A stretch of 62,986 bases of DNA from an uncultured Clostridia bacterium (GCA_945932315.1 CAMEPU010000001.1:1-62986), one strand, 5' to 3'; positions 37,922 to 47,955 are shown, counted from the first letter of the stretch. The notes: generated by a model from the sequence alone, not told the origin. Numbers and translations are program-made.

Positions 37922-39289
37922 TCAGTTGCGCGTGACCTTCTTGATCCACTTGTAGCTCTGCACGCGGTACCAGATGACCGGGCACTTGAGCAGCTGGTCC
38001 ATCTTGAGGCAGAAGAACACGAGCACGGGCGAGGTGTGCAGCACGAAGGCACAGATCGCGGCCGAGGGCAGGCAGATGCACCACATGAAGATCATGTTGT
38101 TGTACATGGCGAATTTGGTGTCGCCGCCCGCGCGCATGATGCCGCTGTCGGCCGCCATCTGGTAGCTGGTGCCGATCGAGGTCAGCGCCAGAACGGTCAG
38201 GAACTGATTTGTGTAGGTCGAGGCCTGGGCGCTCAGCGTGGAGTAGATGCGGAGCACGACCGGACGGGAGGCCAGGATGATGCCGCCGGTGGCCAGACCG
38301 ATCAGCAGAAAGCAGATCTGGAAGGTGAAGGCCACGTTCTTGATGTGTTCGCGGTCGTCGGTCTCGCCCAGCGTGCGGCCGGTGATGACGCCCGCGCCCG
38401 AGGCAGCACCGTAGGCAATGACGGTCAGGATCTGGAAGACGTTGACCGAGGCCGAGTTGGCGGGCAGAACCTCGGCGGCCATATCCATGTTGCCGATGAT
38501 CGCGGTCTGCGCGATCGAGGCCAGACCCCACATGGCCTGGGTGACCAGAACGGGGAGGGCGACCTTCATGTAGTCGCGGATGTACGAGGTGTCGATAAAG
38601 AGCAGCTTGCGCCAGTTGAGCCGCAGGGTCTTTTCCTTAAACTTGAGGAAGAGGACGACGATCAGCAGCTCGACCGAACGGGAGACCAGAGTGGCGACGG
38701 CCGCGCCGCGCACGCCCAGCTCGGGGAAGCCGAACCGGCCGTAGATCAGGCAGTAGTTCAGGCAGATGTTGATGCACAGGGTCGAGAACGAGATGATATA
38801 GCCGATCTTGACGATGGCGATCGACCGCAGGGAAGCGGTCAGGATGTTCGTGAAGGTGAAGAGGACGTAAGTAAAGCAGATGATGCGCAGGTAGGCGACG
38901 GCCTCGGCGGCGACGTCCGGATCGTTCGTCATCAGGCGGATGACCTGATGAGGGAAGAACAGGGCGGCCAGGAACATGACGCCCGCGAGCGCGGTGCCGA
39001 AGCGCAGGCCGACGCCGATGATATGCGGAATGGGATCGAGGTCTTTCTTGCCCCAATAGCGCGAGCCCAGAACAACTACGCCTTCGCCGACGCCGACGAC
39101 CAGCATCTGCAGGAAGAACTGGATCTGGTTGCACAGGGACACGCCCGAGAGCGCGTTCTGGGAATAGCGGGCCAGCATGATGTTATCCGCCAGGTTGACC
39201 GAATAGGTGAGCAGGTTCTGCAGGGCGATGGACAGGGTCAGCACGGCGAACATGCGGTAAAAGCCCTTGTCCCGGATCATTTTGCGCAT
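37922..39289 (-). CDS. MATE family transporter
   Basis: VNLADNIM, NICLNYCLI, LGVRGAAVAT, RAGGDT. Confidence 0.9.
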   Translation of the reverse strand: MRKMIRDKGFYRMFAVLTLSIALQNLLTYSVNLADNIMLARYSQNALSGVSLCNQIQFFLQMLVVGVGEGVVVLGSRYWGKKDLDPIPHIIGVGLRFGTALAGVMFLAALFFPHQVIRLMTNDPDVAAEAVAYLRIICFTYVLFTFTNILTASLRSIAIVKIGYIISFSTLCINICLNYCLIYGRFGFPELGVRGAAVATLVSRSVELLIVVLFLKFKEKTLRLNWRKLLFIDTSYIRDYMKVALPVLVTQAMWGLASIAQTAIIGNMDMAAEVLPANSASVNVFQILTVIAYGAASGAGVITGRTLGETDDREHIKNVAFTFQICFLLIGLATGGIILASRPVVLRIYSTLSAQASTYTNQFLTVLALTSIGTSYQMAADSGIMRAGGDTKFAMYNNMIFMWCICLPSAAICAFVLHTSPVLVFFCLKMDQLLKCPVIWYRVQSYKWIKKVTRN

Positions 39290-39607
39290 AAAACGACCTC
39301 CCGGACGATGATTTTGAAAAGGGGCGCCCCGCCGGTCTTTGCGGGCGGGGCACCACAGCGCACAGCGTGAGCAGCAAGGAGAGAAAATAAGGTCTCCCGC
39401 CGAGGGTTTTTTCCGGAAAACCGCGGGAAATGAGGGGGAAACGGCGCCGAGAAGTGAGAGAAGCGCCGGTTCAGAGAGGCCTCGCTGTTCACGCTTACAT
39501 GATACGGCTTTGCGGGTTGGCGCGCAATTAAAAAAAAGTGCATTTTATTTATATTTTGTGCTATTATAAAAGGGAGCTGTTTCAAGATATGAAAGGAGGA
39601 GTGGCCC

Positions 39608-40480
39608 GTGGCCGCGATCAACGAACCCGGCGTATTGTCCGGCTCCCGCCGACATTTTCATACGCCGTCCGCCCTTGCACGCCAGATTTTGTACTATCCC
39701 ACCCGTTCCGGACATTATTTTGTGGATGAACAATATGATTTCAGCGACGCCAGCTCGGTGGCGCAGGCGGCGAGCCATAAAAATTTTCTGCTTTTGATGG
39801 TCGAAGAGGGCGAGCTTGAGGTGACCGACGGGCGGCGCGTCCAGCGGGCGGGCGCGGGCGAGGTCGCCCTGCTCGACTGCCGCGGCACCCACCGTTTCCG
39901 GGCGCTCCGCGCCGGGCGCACGCTGTTCGTCCATTTCGACGGCTCCGATTCGGCCGAGTTCTTCCGCCTGATCCGGGCGGCGCACGGCGGGCGCATCGTC
40001 ATGCCCGTGCCGCCGGGCAGCACGATGCAGAACGACCTGCTGCAGATCTTCAACGGCATGACGGGCGCCGACCGCGCGCCCGAGACCCAGCTCAGCCAGT
40101 GGATTTACCGGGCGCTGTGCGACCTGCTCGTTCCGCCTCCGCCCCGGGACTGGGGCACGGCGGGCACGCCGGTCGGCGACACCGTGCTGTACATTCTGAA
40201 CCATCTGCAGGACGAGCTGACCGTGCCCGCGCTGGCCGAGCGGGTCGCGCTCAGCCCGGCGCACTTCTCCCGCCTGTTCAAGCAGAGCACGGGCTATTCG
40301 CCCCACGAGTTCCTCGTCCTGCGCCGCATCGACGAGGCCAAGAACCTGCTCCAGACGACCGGCCTGTCGGTCAAGGAGATCGCCTTCCGCACGGGCTACC
40401 GCAGCGAGGTCAACTTCATCGCGTCCTTTTTGTCCAAAGTCGGCGTCAGCCCGGCCGCCTTCCGCAAGACGCGGCACTGA
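39608..40480 (+). CDS. AraC family transcriptional regulator
   Basis: LSPAHFSRLFK...SVKEIAFRTGY...PAAFRK. Confidence 0.92.
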   Translation: MAAINEPGVLSGSRRHFHTPSALARQILYYPTRSGHYFVDEQYDFSDASSVAQAASHKNFLLLMVEEGELEVTDGRRVQRAGAGEVALLDCRGTHRFRALRAGRTLFVHFDGSDSAEFFRLIRAAHGGRIVMPVPPGSTMQNDLLQIFNGMTGADRAPETQLSQWIYRALCDLLVPPPPRDWGTAGTPVGDTVLYILNHLQDELTVPALAERVALSPAHFSRLFKQSTGYSPHEFLVLRRIDEAKNLLQTTGLSVKEIAFRTGYRSEVNFIASFLSKVGVSPAAFRKTRH

Positions 40481-40517
40481 TGCGGTTTGAAAAGAGAAGA
40501 AAAGGAGTGCATTTCCG

Positions 40518-41651
40518 ATGAAAAAATATATCCTGATCCCCGATTCCTTCAAGGGCACGCTGTCCTCGGCGCAGATCTGCGCGGTTTTGGCCGGGGAACT
40601 GCGCGCGGCGCAGCCCGATGCCGAGATTATTTCAATCCCGGTGGCCGACGGCGGCGAGGGCACGGTGGACGCCCTGCTGTCGGCTGTGGGCGGTGAACGG
40701 GTGCCGGCGGCCTGCCACGGCCCGTTCGGGGAGGAGCTGGAAGGTTTTTACGGCCTGCTGCCCGACGGAGCGGCGGTGATCGAGATGGCGGCAGCCGCCG
40801 GGCTGCCCCTCGTGGGCGGGCGACTGCAGCCCGACCGCACCACGACCTACGGCGTGGGCGAGCTGATCGCGGCCGCGCTTGCGCGGGGCGCGCGCCGGAT
40901 CGTCCTCGGTCTGGGCGGCAGCGCGACGAACGACGGCGGCTGCGGCGCGGCGGCCGCCCTCGGCGTGCGGTTTCTGCGGGCGGACGGCACGCCCTTTGTC
41001 CCGACCGGGGGCACGCTCGGTGAGATCGCGCACATCTCGATGGACGGGGTTGATCCCGCCTTGCGCGAGGCGCAGATCGCCGTCATGTGCGACATCGACA
41101 ACCCGCTCTGCGGCCCGACGGGCGCGAGCGCGGTGTTTGGCCCGCAGAAGGGCGCGGACGAACCGATGGTCGCGCGGCTGGACAACGGCCTGCGCCATCT
41201 GGCCGAAGTCATCCGAACCGATCTGGGCGTTGACGTGCTCGACCTGCCGGGCGGCGGCGCGGCGGGCGGCATGGGCGCGGGCGCGGTGGCCTTTCTGGGC
41301 GGCAGGCTGCAGATGGGCATCGAGACCGTGCTCGACCTGACTCATTTTGACGCGCGTGCGGCGGACGCCGACCTCATCTTCACGGGAGAGGGGCGGCTGG
41401 ACAGTCAGAGCCTGCGGGGCAAGGTGGTGGTCGGCGTGGCGCGGCGCGCCAAGCGGCTGGGCGTTCCGGTCATCGCCTTCGTCGGCGCGTCCGAGCGGGA
41501 GCTCGCAGCGGTGTACGAGGAAGGGGTCGCGGGCGTGTTCCCGATCAACCCCGAGCCGCGTCCCTTCGACGAGGTGCGGGGCGAGAGCGAAGAAAACCTG
41601 CGCTTCACCGCCCGCAACCTCATCCACTTCCTCGGCTGCCTGCAAAAGTGA
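40518..41651 (+). CDS. Glycerate kinase (GlxK/GarK family)
   Basis: PDSFKGT, ADGGEGT, GLGGSATNDGG, FGPQKGA, TGEGRLDSQS. Confidence 0.95.
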   Translation: MKKYILIPDSFKGTLSSAQICAVLAGELRAAQPDAEIISIPVADGGEGTVDALLSAVGGERVPAACHGPFGEELEGFYGLLPDGAAVIEMAAAAGLPLVGGRLQPDRTTTYGVGELIAAALARGARRIVLGLGGSATNDGGCGAAAALGVRFLRADGTPFVPTGGTLGEIAHISMDGVDPALREAQIAVMCDIDNPLCGPTGASAVFGPQKGADEPMVARLDNGLRHLAEVIRTDLGVDVLDLPGGGAAGGMGAGAVAFLGGRLQMGIETVLDLTHFDARAADADLIFTGEGRLDSQSLRGKVVVGVARRAKRLGVPVIAFVGASERELAAVYEEGVAGVFPINPEPRPFDEVRGESEENLRFTARNLIHFLGCLQK

Positions 41652-41660
41652 AAAAATGCA

Positions 41661-41688
41661 ACAAAAGGGCCAAGCAGGCCCTTTTTGT
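41661..41688. terminator. Bidirectional terminator
   Basis: aaaagggcc-aagca-ggccctttt. Confidence 0.7.
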
Positions 41689-41690
41689 GT

Positions 41691-43823
41691 TCAGCCGATG
41701 GATAAGGTTTTGCAGACCCGGCGGAGGGTCAGGCGGTAGACCGCGTACTGCAGCAGGGACACCGCCGCGATGATCGCGAGGCAGGCCAGCATGCCTGCGG
41801 CCTCGCCCGGGGAGATGCCCGCGGGGTCGCCGTTAAAATAGAGGATCATGGTGTAAAAGGCGTAGATGAGGCCGGTGCCGGTGAGGGCGGGCACGAGGAA
41901 CACGCGGGAGACCTGCCCGCGCGCCGAGCGGCGGAGGTAGGCGTCGGGCGCGCCCAGCCGGCGCAGGTCGTCGTAGACCTGCCGGTTCAGCAGGGCGATC
42001 GTCGCGCAGCGGGTGAACGCGATGACAAAGACGGCGGCGAAGCAGACGACCGCGATGAAAATAAAGAGCACAAGAAAGACGGCCATCGTCCGGACGAAGT
42101 CGGCCTTGTCGAGCACCCGGAACTGGGGCATGTACTGCCAGTACAGCCGGAAGTCCGAGCTGTCCCGCTGGGCGTAGTCGATGGCCTCGAGCCCGTTTTC
42201 TTCGAGGTATTCCGGGTCGCACCAGTAATACCCGTTTTGGGCAATCTCCTGCTCCCGCACCACCGGGTCCCAGGCGTCGAACAGCGCGACGGCGGGGTCC
42301 GAGCGGTCGACGATCTCGTTGAACAGCGCCCCCGCAAAGTCGTAGGTGTCCGCGCAGTTTTGGACGTTGAAGAACACCTGCGTTTCGCGCCAGTCGGCGG
42401 GCAGCCCGGCGGTCATCCGGGCGTAGTCGCCATCGTCGAGAACGAACCGGCCGAACAGCAGGTCGTTTCGGAGGGGTTCGACCGTCGTGACCGGCCACGT
42501 TTCGCCCGTCGCGCAGTTGGTGACAAGGGTGGCCGTGCCGCCGAACACGCCCTGCCCCTCGCCCTGCGCGTCCATCACGCCCGCGATCTCGCCCGGGGCG
42601 AGGTCGAGCGGCTCCCCGGTCAGGGCGGTGTAGGCCGATTCGGAGAGGAAGAGGTCGGAGCACAGGCGCTCCCGGTATTCCTCCTCCCAGGTGACGCCGA
42701 GCGAGCCCTCGTGCTCGACGCTGGCGTAGCCGTCGACGGCCAGCCGCGCCATGCCGGCCTGCGTCCACGAGGTGAGGGTCACGCCGTATTGTTCGGCGAG
42801 GGCGCGCACCTCGTCCTCCTGCGGGATGTCCTGATCGGCGCGCCAGTGGTAGGCATAGTCGGCCGGGCGCGCGTCGTAGGACAGCATCGCGTTCACGCCC
42901 AGCATGGGGGCGTAAAAGCTGGCGAAGTACGCGCCCGCGATCAGCAGGGTCATGACCAGCATGCTGCGGACGGTCTGCCGCCCCTGAAATTTCATCATGC
43001 TGGTCGCGATCAGGTCGCGGTAGCGGTGGCGCCTGCGCCCCCAGCCGTTCACCACTGTGTGCAGCAGGATCATGTACAGCCCGGCGAGGGCGGGCAGGTA
43101 AAAGATCGCGGTCAGCCCCTCGGGCGCGTACCAGTGGAGGACGAGCACGCAGAATGAGGGCACTTGGTACCCCAGAAAGCCGCCGACACAGAGCAGCAGG
43201 ATGCCGCCCCAGCCGTACCACCGGGGCACGGCGCGGATGGGCTCGGACTTGTGGGATTCATGCACCACGTCGATGACGTCGGTGCGGGCGACCGACCGTC
43301 CGCCCAGCAGGAAGAGGACGGCGGCGACGTAGAGGCAGAAGGCGAGCGCGAGCAGCATGGCCCTGGGGTCGAAGGTCAGCGCCATCTCGGCCGAATCGGC
43401 CACGAACAGGCGGAAGACCTGCCAGAGCAGCCAGGCGAGGGGCGCGCCCAGCGCCGCGCCCGCCGCGCACGCGCCGAACGCGAGGACGGCCAGCTCGCGG
43501 AACAGCTCCCGCCTGAGCTGGGCGCGGGTCGCGCCCAGCGCGAGGAACACGCCGGTCTCGCGCGATTTCTCGCGGAAGAACAGCCCGGCGGCGTAGGTCG
43601 TGAAGACGGCGCAGCCCACGGCCGCGAGGGCGAAGATCATCATCACCTGCTTGCGCGAGTCGCCGCCCTCGGGCAGGACGGCCAGCACGGTCGGCGCGCG
43701 CATGACGCAGACATAGGCCGTGATGAGCAGGACGGAGAAGAAGCAGCACCCGGCGAGCAGGGCGTACTGTCCCCGGCTGCGGCGGCGCAGCGCCGCGTAG
43801 ACGGACGAAAAATCGGTCATCAT
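41691..43823 (-). CDS. ABC exporter permease (FtsX/BceB-like, large extracellular domain)
   Basis: ATGA overlap with the ATPase gene; RETGVFLALGA and LRRLGA FtsX motifs. Confidence 0.85.
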   Translation of the reverse strand: MMTDFSSVYAALRRRSRGQYALLAGCCFFSVLLITAYVCVMRAPTVLAVLPEGGDSRKQVMMIFALAAVGCAVFTTYAAGLFFREKSRETGVFLALGATRAQLRRELFRELAVLAFGACAAGAALGAPLAWLLWQVFRLFVADSAEMALTFDPRAMLLALAFCLYVAAVLFLLGGRSVARTDVIDVVHESHKSEPIRAVPRWYGWGGILLLCVGGFLGYQVPSFCVLVLHWYAPEGLTAIFYLPALAGLYMILLHTVVNGWGRRRHRYRDLIATSMMKFQGRQTVRSMLVMTLLIAGAYFASFYAPMLGVNAMLSYDARPADYAYHWRADQDIPQEDEVRALAEQYGVTLTSWTQAGMARLAVDGYASVEHEGSLGVTWEEEYRERLCSDLFLSESAYTALTGEPLDLAPGEIAGVMDAQGEGQGVFGGTATLVTNCATGETWPVTTVEPLRNDLLFGRFVLDDGDYARMTAGLPADWRETQVFFNVQNCADTYDFAGALFNEIVDRSDPAVALFDAWDPVVREQEIAQNGYYWCDPEYLEENGLEAIDYAQRDSSDFRLYWQYMPQFRVLDKADFVRTMAVFLVLFIFIAVVCFAAVFVIAFTRCATIALLNRQVYDDLRRLGAPDAYLRRSARGQVSRVFLVPALTGTGLIYAFYTMILYFNGDPAGISPGEAAGMLACLAIIAAVSLLQYAVYRLTLRRVCKTLSIG

Positions 43824-44569
43824 GCGCCCTCCCTGCCCATTTCGCGGATGGAATCGAGCAGCGCGTCCTGAAAGGCGGCGCGTTCGCGCCTCTCCCGCCC
43901 GAGCGTGCGCCAGACCACGCCGTCCCGCAGGATGACCACCCGGTCGCAGAAGGAGGCGGCGTAGGAATCGTGGGTCACCATGAAGATGGTCGCGCCCAGC
44001 GCGGCTTTGGCCTGCTCGAACGAGCGGATGACCGCCCGCGCCGATTTGGAATCGAGGTTGCCGGTCGGCTCGTCGGCCAGAATGAGCAGGGGCTCGTTGA
44101 TGAGCGCGCGGGCGACGGCCGTCCGCTGCTTCTCGCCGCCCGAGATCTCGGCCGGGTATTTTTGGGCGATGGCCGCGATGCCGAAGATCGCGCACAGCCG
44201 GTCGGCGCGCGCCTCGGCCTGCGCGTCGGCCGTGCCGCCGATGATGGCGGGCAGCAGGATGTTCTCGCGGACGGTCAGGCCGTCGAGCAGCAGGAAGTCC
44301 TGAAAGACAAAGCCCAGCCTGCGGTTGCGCACGGCGGCCAGCGCGTCCCCGCGCAGCCGGGTGAGCTCCCCGCCGTTCAGCCGGATGCTGCCCGCGTCGG
44401 CCGGGAGGTAGCATGAGATGCAGTTGAGCAGGGTGGTCTTGCCCGAGCCGGACGGCCCCATGACGGCGACGAACTCGCCGTCCCCGACCTCGAGGGAGAT
44501 CCCTTTTAAGACTTCGCAGGTGGTTTTGCCCATCGGATAGGCTTTGTGCAGATTTTGAACGGTCAGCAT
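43820..44569 (-). CDS. ABC exporter ATP-binding protein (BceA/LolD-like)
   Basis: GPSGSGKTT, ISGGEKQR, ADEPTGNLD, VTHD. Confidence 0.95.
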   Translation of the reverse strand: MLTVQNLHKAYPMGKTTCEVLKGISLEVGDGEFVAVMGPSGSGKTTLLNCISCYLPADAGSIRLNGGELTRLRGDALAAVRNRRLGFVFQDFLLLDGLTVRENILLPAIIGGTADAQAEARADRLCAIFGIAAIAQKYPAEISGGEKQRTAVARALINEPLLILADEPTGNLDSKSARAVIRSFEQAKAALGATIFMVTHDSYAASFCDRVVILRDGVVWRTLGRERRERAAFQDALLDSIREMGREGA

Positions 44570-44631
44570 AGCGCATTCTCCTTTCGTTGTCCCCACTGTA
44601 CCGCCGCCCGGCCGGGCACGCAAACCGCCCT

Positions 44632-44663
44632 GTCATATTCGGCGCGTTTGCCGTCAAGTTTGG
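44632..44663. promoter_or_regulatory. Probable LytTR direct-repeat binding site
   Basis: gtcatattcgg (44632) and gtcaagtttgg (44653), 21-bp period, upstream of the ABC genes. Confidence 0.5.
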
Positions 44664-44713
44664 TTTTGCGGTTGGGAGCGGCTATGCTACAATAAGAGGG
44701 AACAAAGGAAGTG

Positions 44714-45430
44714 ATGAACATGCTGCGCATCGGCATCTGCGACGACGTGCTGGACGCACGGCTGACCCTGCGCGCCGCGCTCGAGCGGGTGCTCGACCGG
44801 CGGCGGGAGAGCGCGTCCTTTTTCGAATTTTCCTCGGGCGAGGGGCTGCTCGGCTGGCTTGCGCGCCACCGGGGCGAGCTCGATCTCATCTTTCTCGACA
44901 TGGAGATGGGCGCGCTCGACGGCATGGAGACCGCCCGGCGGCTGCGCGCGGCCGACCCCGGCCTGCAGCTCGTCTTTGTCACCGGCTTTGCCGACCGGGT
45001 GTTCGACGGTTACACGGTCGGCGCGCTGGGATACCTGCTCAAGCCGCCCGCGCCCGGGCAGCTCGACGACATTCTGAACCGGGCGTGCGCCGCCCTCGGC
45101 CGGGCCGCCGGGCGCACCTATGTCTGCCGCAGCGGCGAGACGGCCTATCGCATCCCGTTTTCTTCGATTTTGTATTTTGCGTCCGACCGGCGGCGGGTCA
45201 CCTGCGTGACGGCCGGGCGGGAGTATGTGTTTTACGGGCGGCTCGACGAGGTCGCGGCCGAGGTGGGCGCGGAGTTTGTCCGCATCCACCAGCGCTATCT
45301 GGTGCGGGCGGGCGCGGTCGACCGGATCGCGAACGGCGAGGTCTGGCTGGGCGAGACCGTTCTGCCGGTCAGCCGCTCCTGCCAGCAGGCGGCCATGCTC
45401 GCCCTGACCCGCGCCGCGCTGGAGGACTGA
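44714..45430 (+). CDS. LytTR family response regulator
   Basis: ICDD, FLDMEM, YLLKP receiver domain; FVRIHQRYLV LytTR domain. Confidence 0.93.
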   Translation: MNMLRIGICDDVLDARLTLRAALERVLDRRRESASFFEFSSGEGLLGWLARHRGELDLIFLDMEMGALDGMETARRLRAADPGLQLVFVTGFADRVFDGYTVGALGYLLKPPAPGQLDDILNRACAALGRAAGRTYVCRSGETAYRIPFSSILYFASDRRRVTCVTAGREYVFYGRLDEVAAEVGAEFVRIHQRYLVRAGAVDRIANGEVWLGETVLPVSRSCQQAAMLALTRAALED

Positions 45431-45431
45431 A

Positions 45432-46697
45432 ATGACCATCCAGGTATTTATCGAATCTCCCGTATCCCTCCCGCTCTGGGTGGGCATCACGCTGCTGAGC
45501 GGGGCGTTTCTGTACCAGCTCTGCCGCCCCTTCGCCGCGGTCAAAGAGGGCCGGGGCTGGAAAGCGCTTCTGCTGCTGGCCTTCGCTCTCGCGAGCGCCA
45601 TGGTCATCTGGGTGGGGGACAACAATCTGCTCTTCACGCTGCCCGCCTTCGTGGCCGTGTTCCTGCTCTGTACCCGGGGCGACCGGGTGGGGCGGCTGGC
45701 CGTGTCGGTCATCTTTTTCTGCCTGATGATGGCGGTCTGTGCCCTGATCGACACCTATCTCATCCTGTTTGATTCCTATGACGTCCTGACCCGGCTGGTC
45801 CGCCCGGCGGTGTTCGGCCTGCTTGATCTGGGAATGCGGGGGAGCCTGCCGGACGCGCCCGTGCAGCTGCCCCGGCGGCTGTGGCGGCTGGTGCTCGGGT
45901 TGGCGGCCATGCCCCTCTGCGCGCTGGTGGCCGTCGTGCTGCTGACCGCGCAAAAGTACGAATCGGCCGCGGTCGACCGCGTCGCGATGAGCCAGGGCGC
46001 GGTCGTGCTGCCCTTCGTCCTGCTGACCGCGCTCGTGCTGCTGCGCGCCGTACTGGTGCTGGCCGATCACGAGCGGCTCGAGCAGTCGAACCGGCTGGCC
46101 GAGCTGCGCGCGGTCTATTACGAGGGCCTGCAGCGGGAGCAGACCGGCGTGCGCACCCTGCGGCACGACCTGCGCAACCATCTGACCGCCCTGCGCGGCC
46201 TGATCGAGCGGGGCGAGACCGGGCGGGCGCTCGATTACCTCGACCGGGTGGCCGACGCGCCCGCTCTGCGGGGCGTGCGGCGCTTCTGCGAAAACGAGAC
46301 GGCCGACATCGTGCTGGCCGCCAAGGCCGAGGGGCTGGAGCAGCGCGGCCTGACCGCCGACTGGCAGATTGCGCTGCCCGCCGTGCTGCCCGTCGCCGAC
46401 CCCGACCTGTGCGCCCTGCTGGGCAACACGCTCGACAACGCGATCGAGGCCGCGTGCAGGGCGGATGATAAGCGGATTCTTGTCCGCTGCCGGGCGGACA
46501 AGGGCATGCTGATGCTGAGGATCGAGAACGCGCTCACCGGGGAGGAAACACCCGGCCTCGCCACGACCAAGGCTGATAAGTCCCGCCATGGCTTCGGCCT
46601 CGCGGGCATGCGGGAGATCGCCGCGCGGTACGGCGGCACGCTCGAGACCCGGGCGGCGGACGGCCGCTTCGAGCTGGTGGTCTGCCTGCCGCTGTGA
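45432..46697 (+). CDS. AgrC-like GHKL sensor histidine kinase
   Basis: TM N-terminus; RHDLRNH, GNTLDNAIEA, TTK..HGFGL. Confidence 0.92.
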   Translation: MTIQVFIESPVSLPLWVGITLLSGAFLYQLCRPFAAVKEGRGWKALLLLAFALASAMVIWVGDNNLLFTLPAFVAVFLLCTRGDRVGRLAVSVIFFCLMMAVCALIDTYLILFDSYDVLTRLVRPAVFGLLDLGMRGSLPDAPVQLPRRLWRLVLGLAAMPLCALVAVVLLTAQKYESAAVDRVAMSQGAVVLPFVLLTALVLLRAVLVLADHERLEQSNRLAELRAVYYEGLQREQTGVRTLRHDLRNHLTALRGLIERGETGRALDYLDRVADAPALRGVRRFCENETADIVLAAKAEGLEQRGLTADWQIALPAVLPVADPDLCALLGNTLDNAIEAACRADDKRILVRCRADKGMLMLRIENALTGEETPGLATTKADKSRHGFGLAGMREIAARYGGTLETRAADGRFELVVCLPL

Positions 46698-46701
46698 TGG
46701 G

Positions 46702-46738
46702 AAAGAGCCGCCGCGGACTTGCTCCGCAGCGGCTCTTT
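46702..46738. terminator. Bidirectional terminator
   Basis: aaagagccgccgcgga...tccgcagcggctcttt. Confidence 0.7.
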
Positions 46739-46746
46739 GTGCGTTT

Positions 46747-47190
46747 TTATTTTCGGTAGTGCCTCGTCAGGAACAGATGGACGGACGAGGACACCAGCAG
46801 GATGCCGACCGACAGCGCGCCCGCGATGCCGACGGTGTGGATGCAGCGGGCGGCCGCTCCGCCCGTGTCGCCCCGGATGCAGAGCAGCATGGTCTGGTAG
46901 ATGCCGTTGCCGGGTACGAGCGGAATGAGCGAAACGGCGAGGAAGAGGGTGACGGGCGCGCGGAAGGCGCGGGCGCACCACTCCGAAAAGACGGTGACCG
47001 CAATGGTCGCGAAGAAATAGCGCGGGATGTCGTTTGCGGGGAAGGGGATGCGGCAGAGCACAAAGACCAGCCAGCTCAGCAGGCCGCCCAGCCCGGCGAA
47101 GGCCAGCTTGACGCCGCGCACCTGAAAGATGACACCGAAGCACAGGCTGGCGCAAAGGCTCATCAGGCATTCATAAACGATCTGTCCCAT
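46747..47190 (-). CDS. Threonine/serine exporter family subunit (ThrE_2, YjjB-like)
   Basis: RAPVT, IPLVPG motifs; paired with the ThrE gene. Confidence 0.85.
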   Translation of the reverse strand: MGQIVYECLMSLCASLCFGVIFQVRGVKLAFAGLGGLLSWLVFVLCRIPFPANDIPRYFFATIAVTVFSEWCARAFRAPVTLFLAVSLIPLVPGNGIYQTMLLCIRGDTGGAAARCIHTVGIAGALSVGILLVSSSVHLFLTRHYRK

Positions 47191-47193
47191 GGA

Positions 47194-47955
47194 TCAACCT
47201 CCCAGAAAACCGGCGATGCTGAACATCAGCGCCGCGCCGACTGCGATGCCGGCCGCAACGAGCAGCGTTTCGACGAACTTGGTGATGCCCGCGATCGAGT
47301 CGCCCGCGATCAGGTCGCGGATCGAGTTCGTGATCGACAGGCCGGGCACGAGGGGCATGATCGAGCCGACGATCATGGTGTCGTAGGACGGGATCAGCCC
47401 CAGATGGTAAAACAGGATGCCGGAGAACGCGACCCAGAACCCGCCCATGACGTTGACAAACAGCGGGTTGGGGTGCATCCGCCGCATGACGGTGGTCAGC
47501 AGCCAGAGCGCCAGACAGCAGAGGAAGGAGCAGACGGCTTCGGCCGGGCCGCCGCCGAAGAGCAGGGTGAAAAAGAAGCCGGCGCCGCCGGTCGCGGCGC
47601 AGAGCTGCCAGCCCGGGTAGTTGCCCCGCCGCAGGATCAGCTCGAGCCGCTCCCGGATGGCGGCGTAGTCCATTTTGCCCGTGCACGCGTCCCGCGAGAG
47701 GGCGTTTAACTGGTCGATCCGGCCGAGGTTGGTGCCCCGCCGCCGCACCCGGCAGACCCGGGTGAGCTGGGGCTCATCGCCGCGCGCGAACGAGGCGATG
47801 ATGACCGTGGGCACGGCGTAGACGTTGACCTCCCGCGCGCCGTAGGCCATGCAGATGCGGGAGATCGTCTCCTCCACCCGGTAGATCTCGGCGCCGCTTT
47901 CGAGCAGCGCCTGGCCGATCTCGACCGAGATCGTCAGCAGTTGATCCGAAGTCAT
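47194..47955 (-). CDS. Threonine/serine exporter family subunit (ThrE, YjjP-like)
   Basis: ESGAEIYRVEET, LFGG, MPLVPGLSITNSIRDLIAGD. Confidence 0.9.
   Translation of the reverse strand: MTSDQLLTISVEIGQALLESGAEIYRVEETISRICMAYGAREVNVYAVPTVIIASFARGDEPQLTRVCRVRRRGTNLGRIDQLNALSRDACTGKMDYAAIRERLELILRRGNYPGWQLCAATGGAGFFFTLLFGGGPAEAVCSFLCCLALWLLTTVMRRMHPNPLFVNVMGGFWVAFSGILFYHLGLIPSYDTMIVGSIMPLVPGLSITNSIRDLIAGDSIAGITKFVETLLVAAGIAVGAALMFSIAGFLGG

Noticed and set aside
39335-39360. T-box-like gtggtgccccg in the MATE leader
   Set aside because: Poor match to GGTGGNACCGCG, with no stem I AG/GNUG boxes.
43824-44657. 988-aa version of the ABC permease
   Set aside because: The extension overlaps the ATPase gene in another frame and is Arg/Pro-rich noise. 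The ATGA-coupled start at 43823 fits better.
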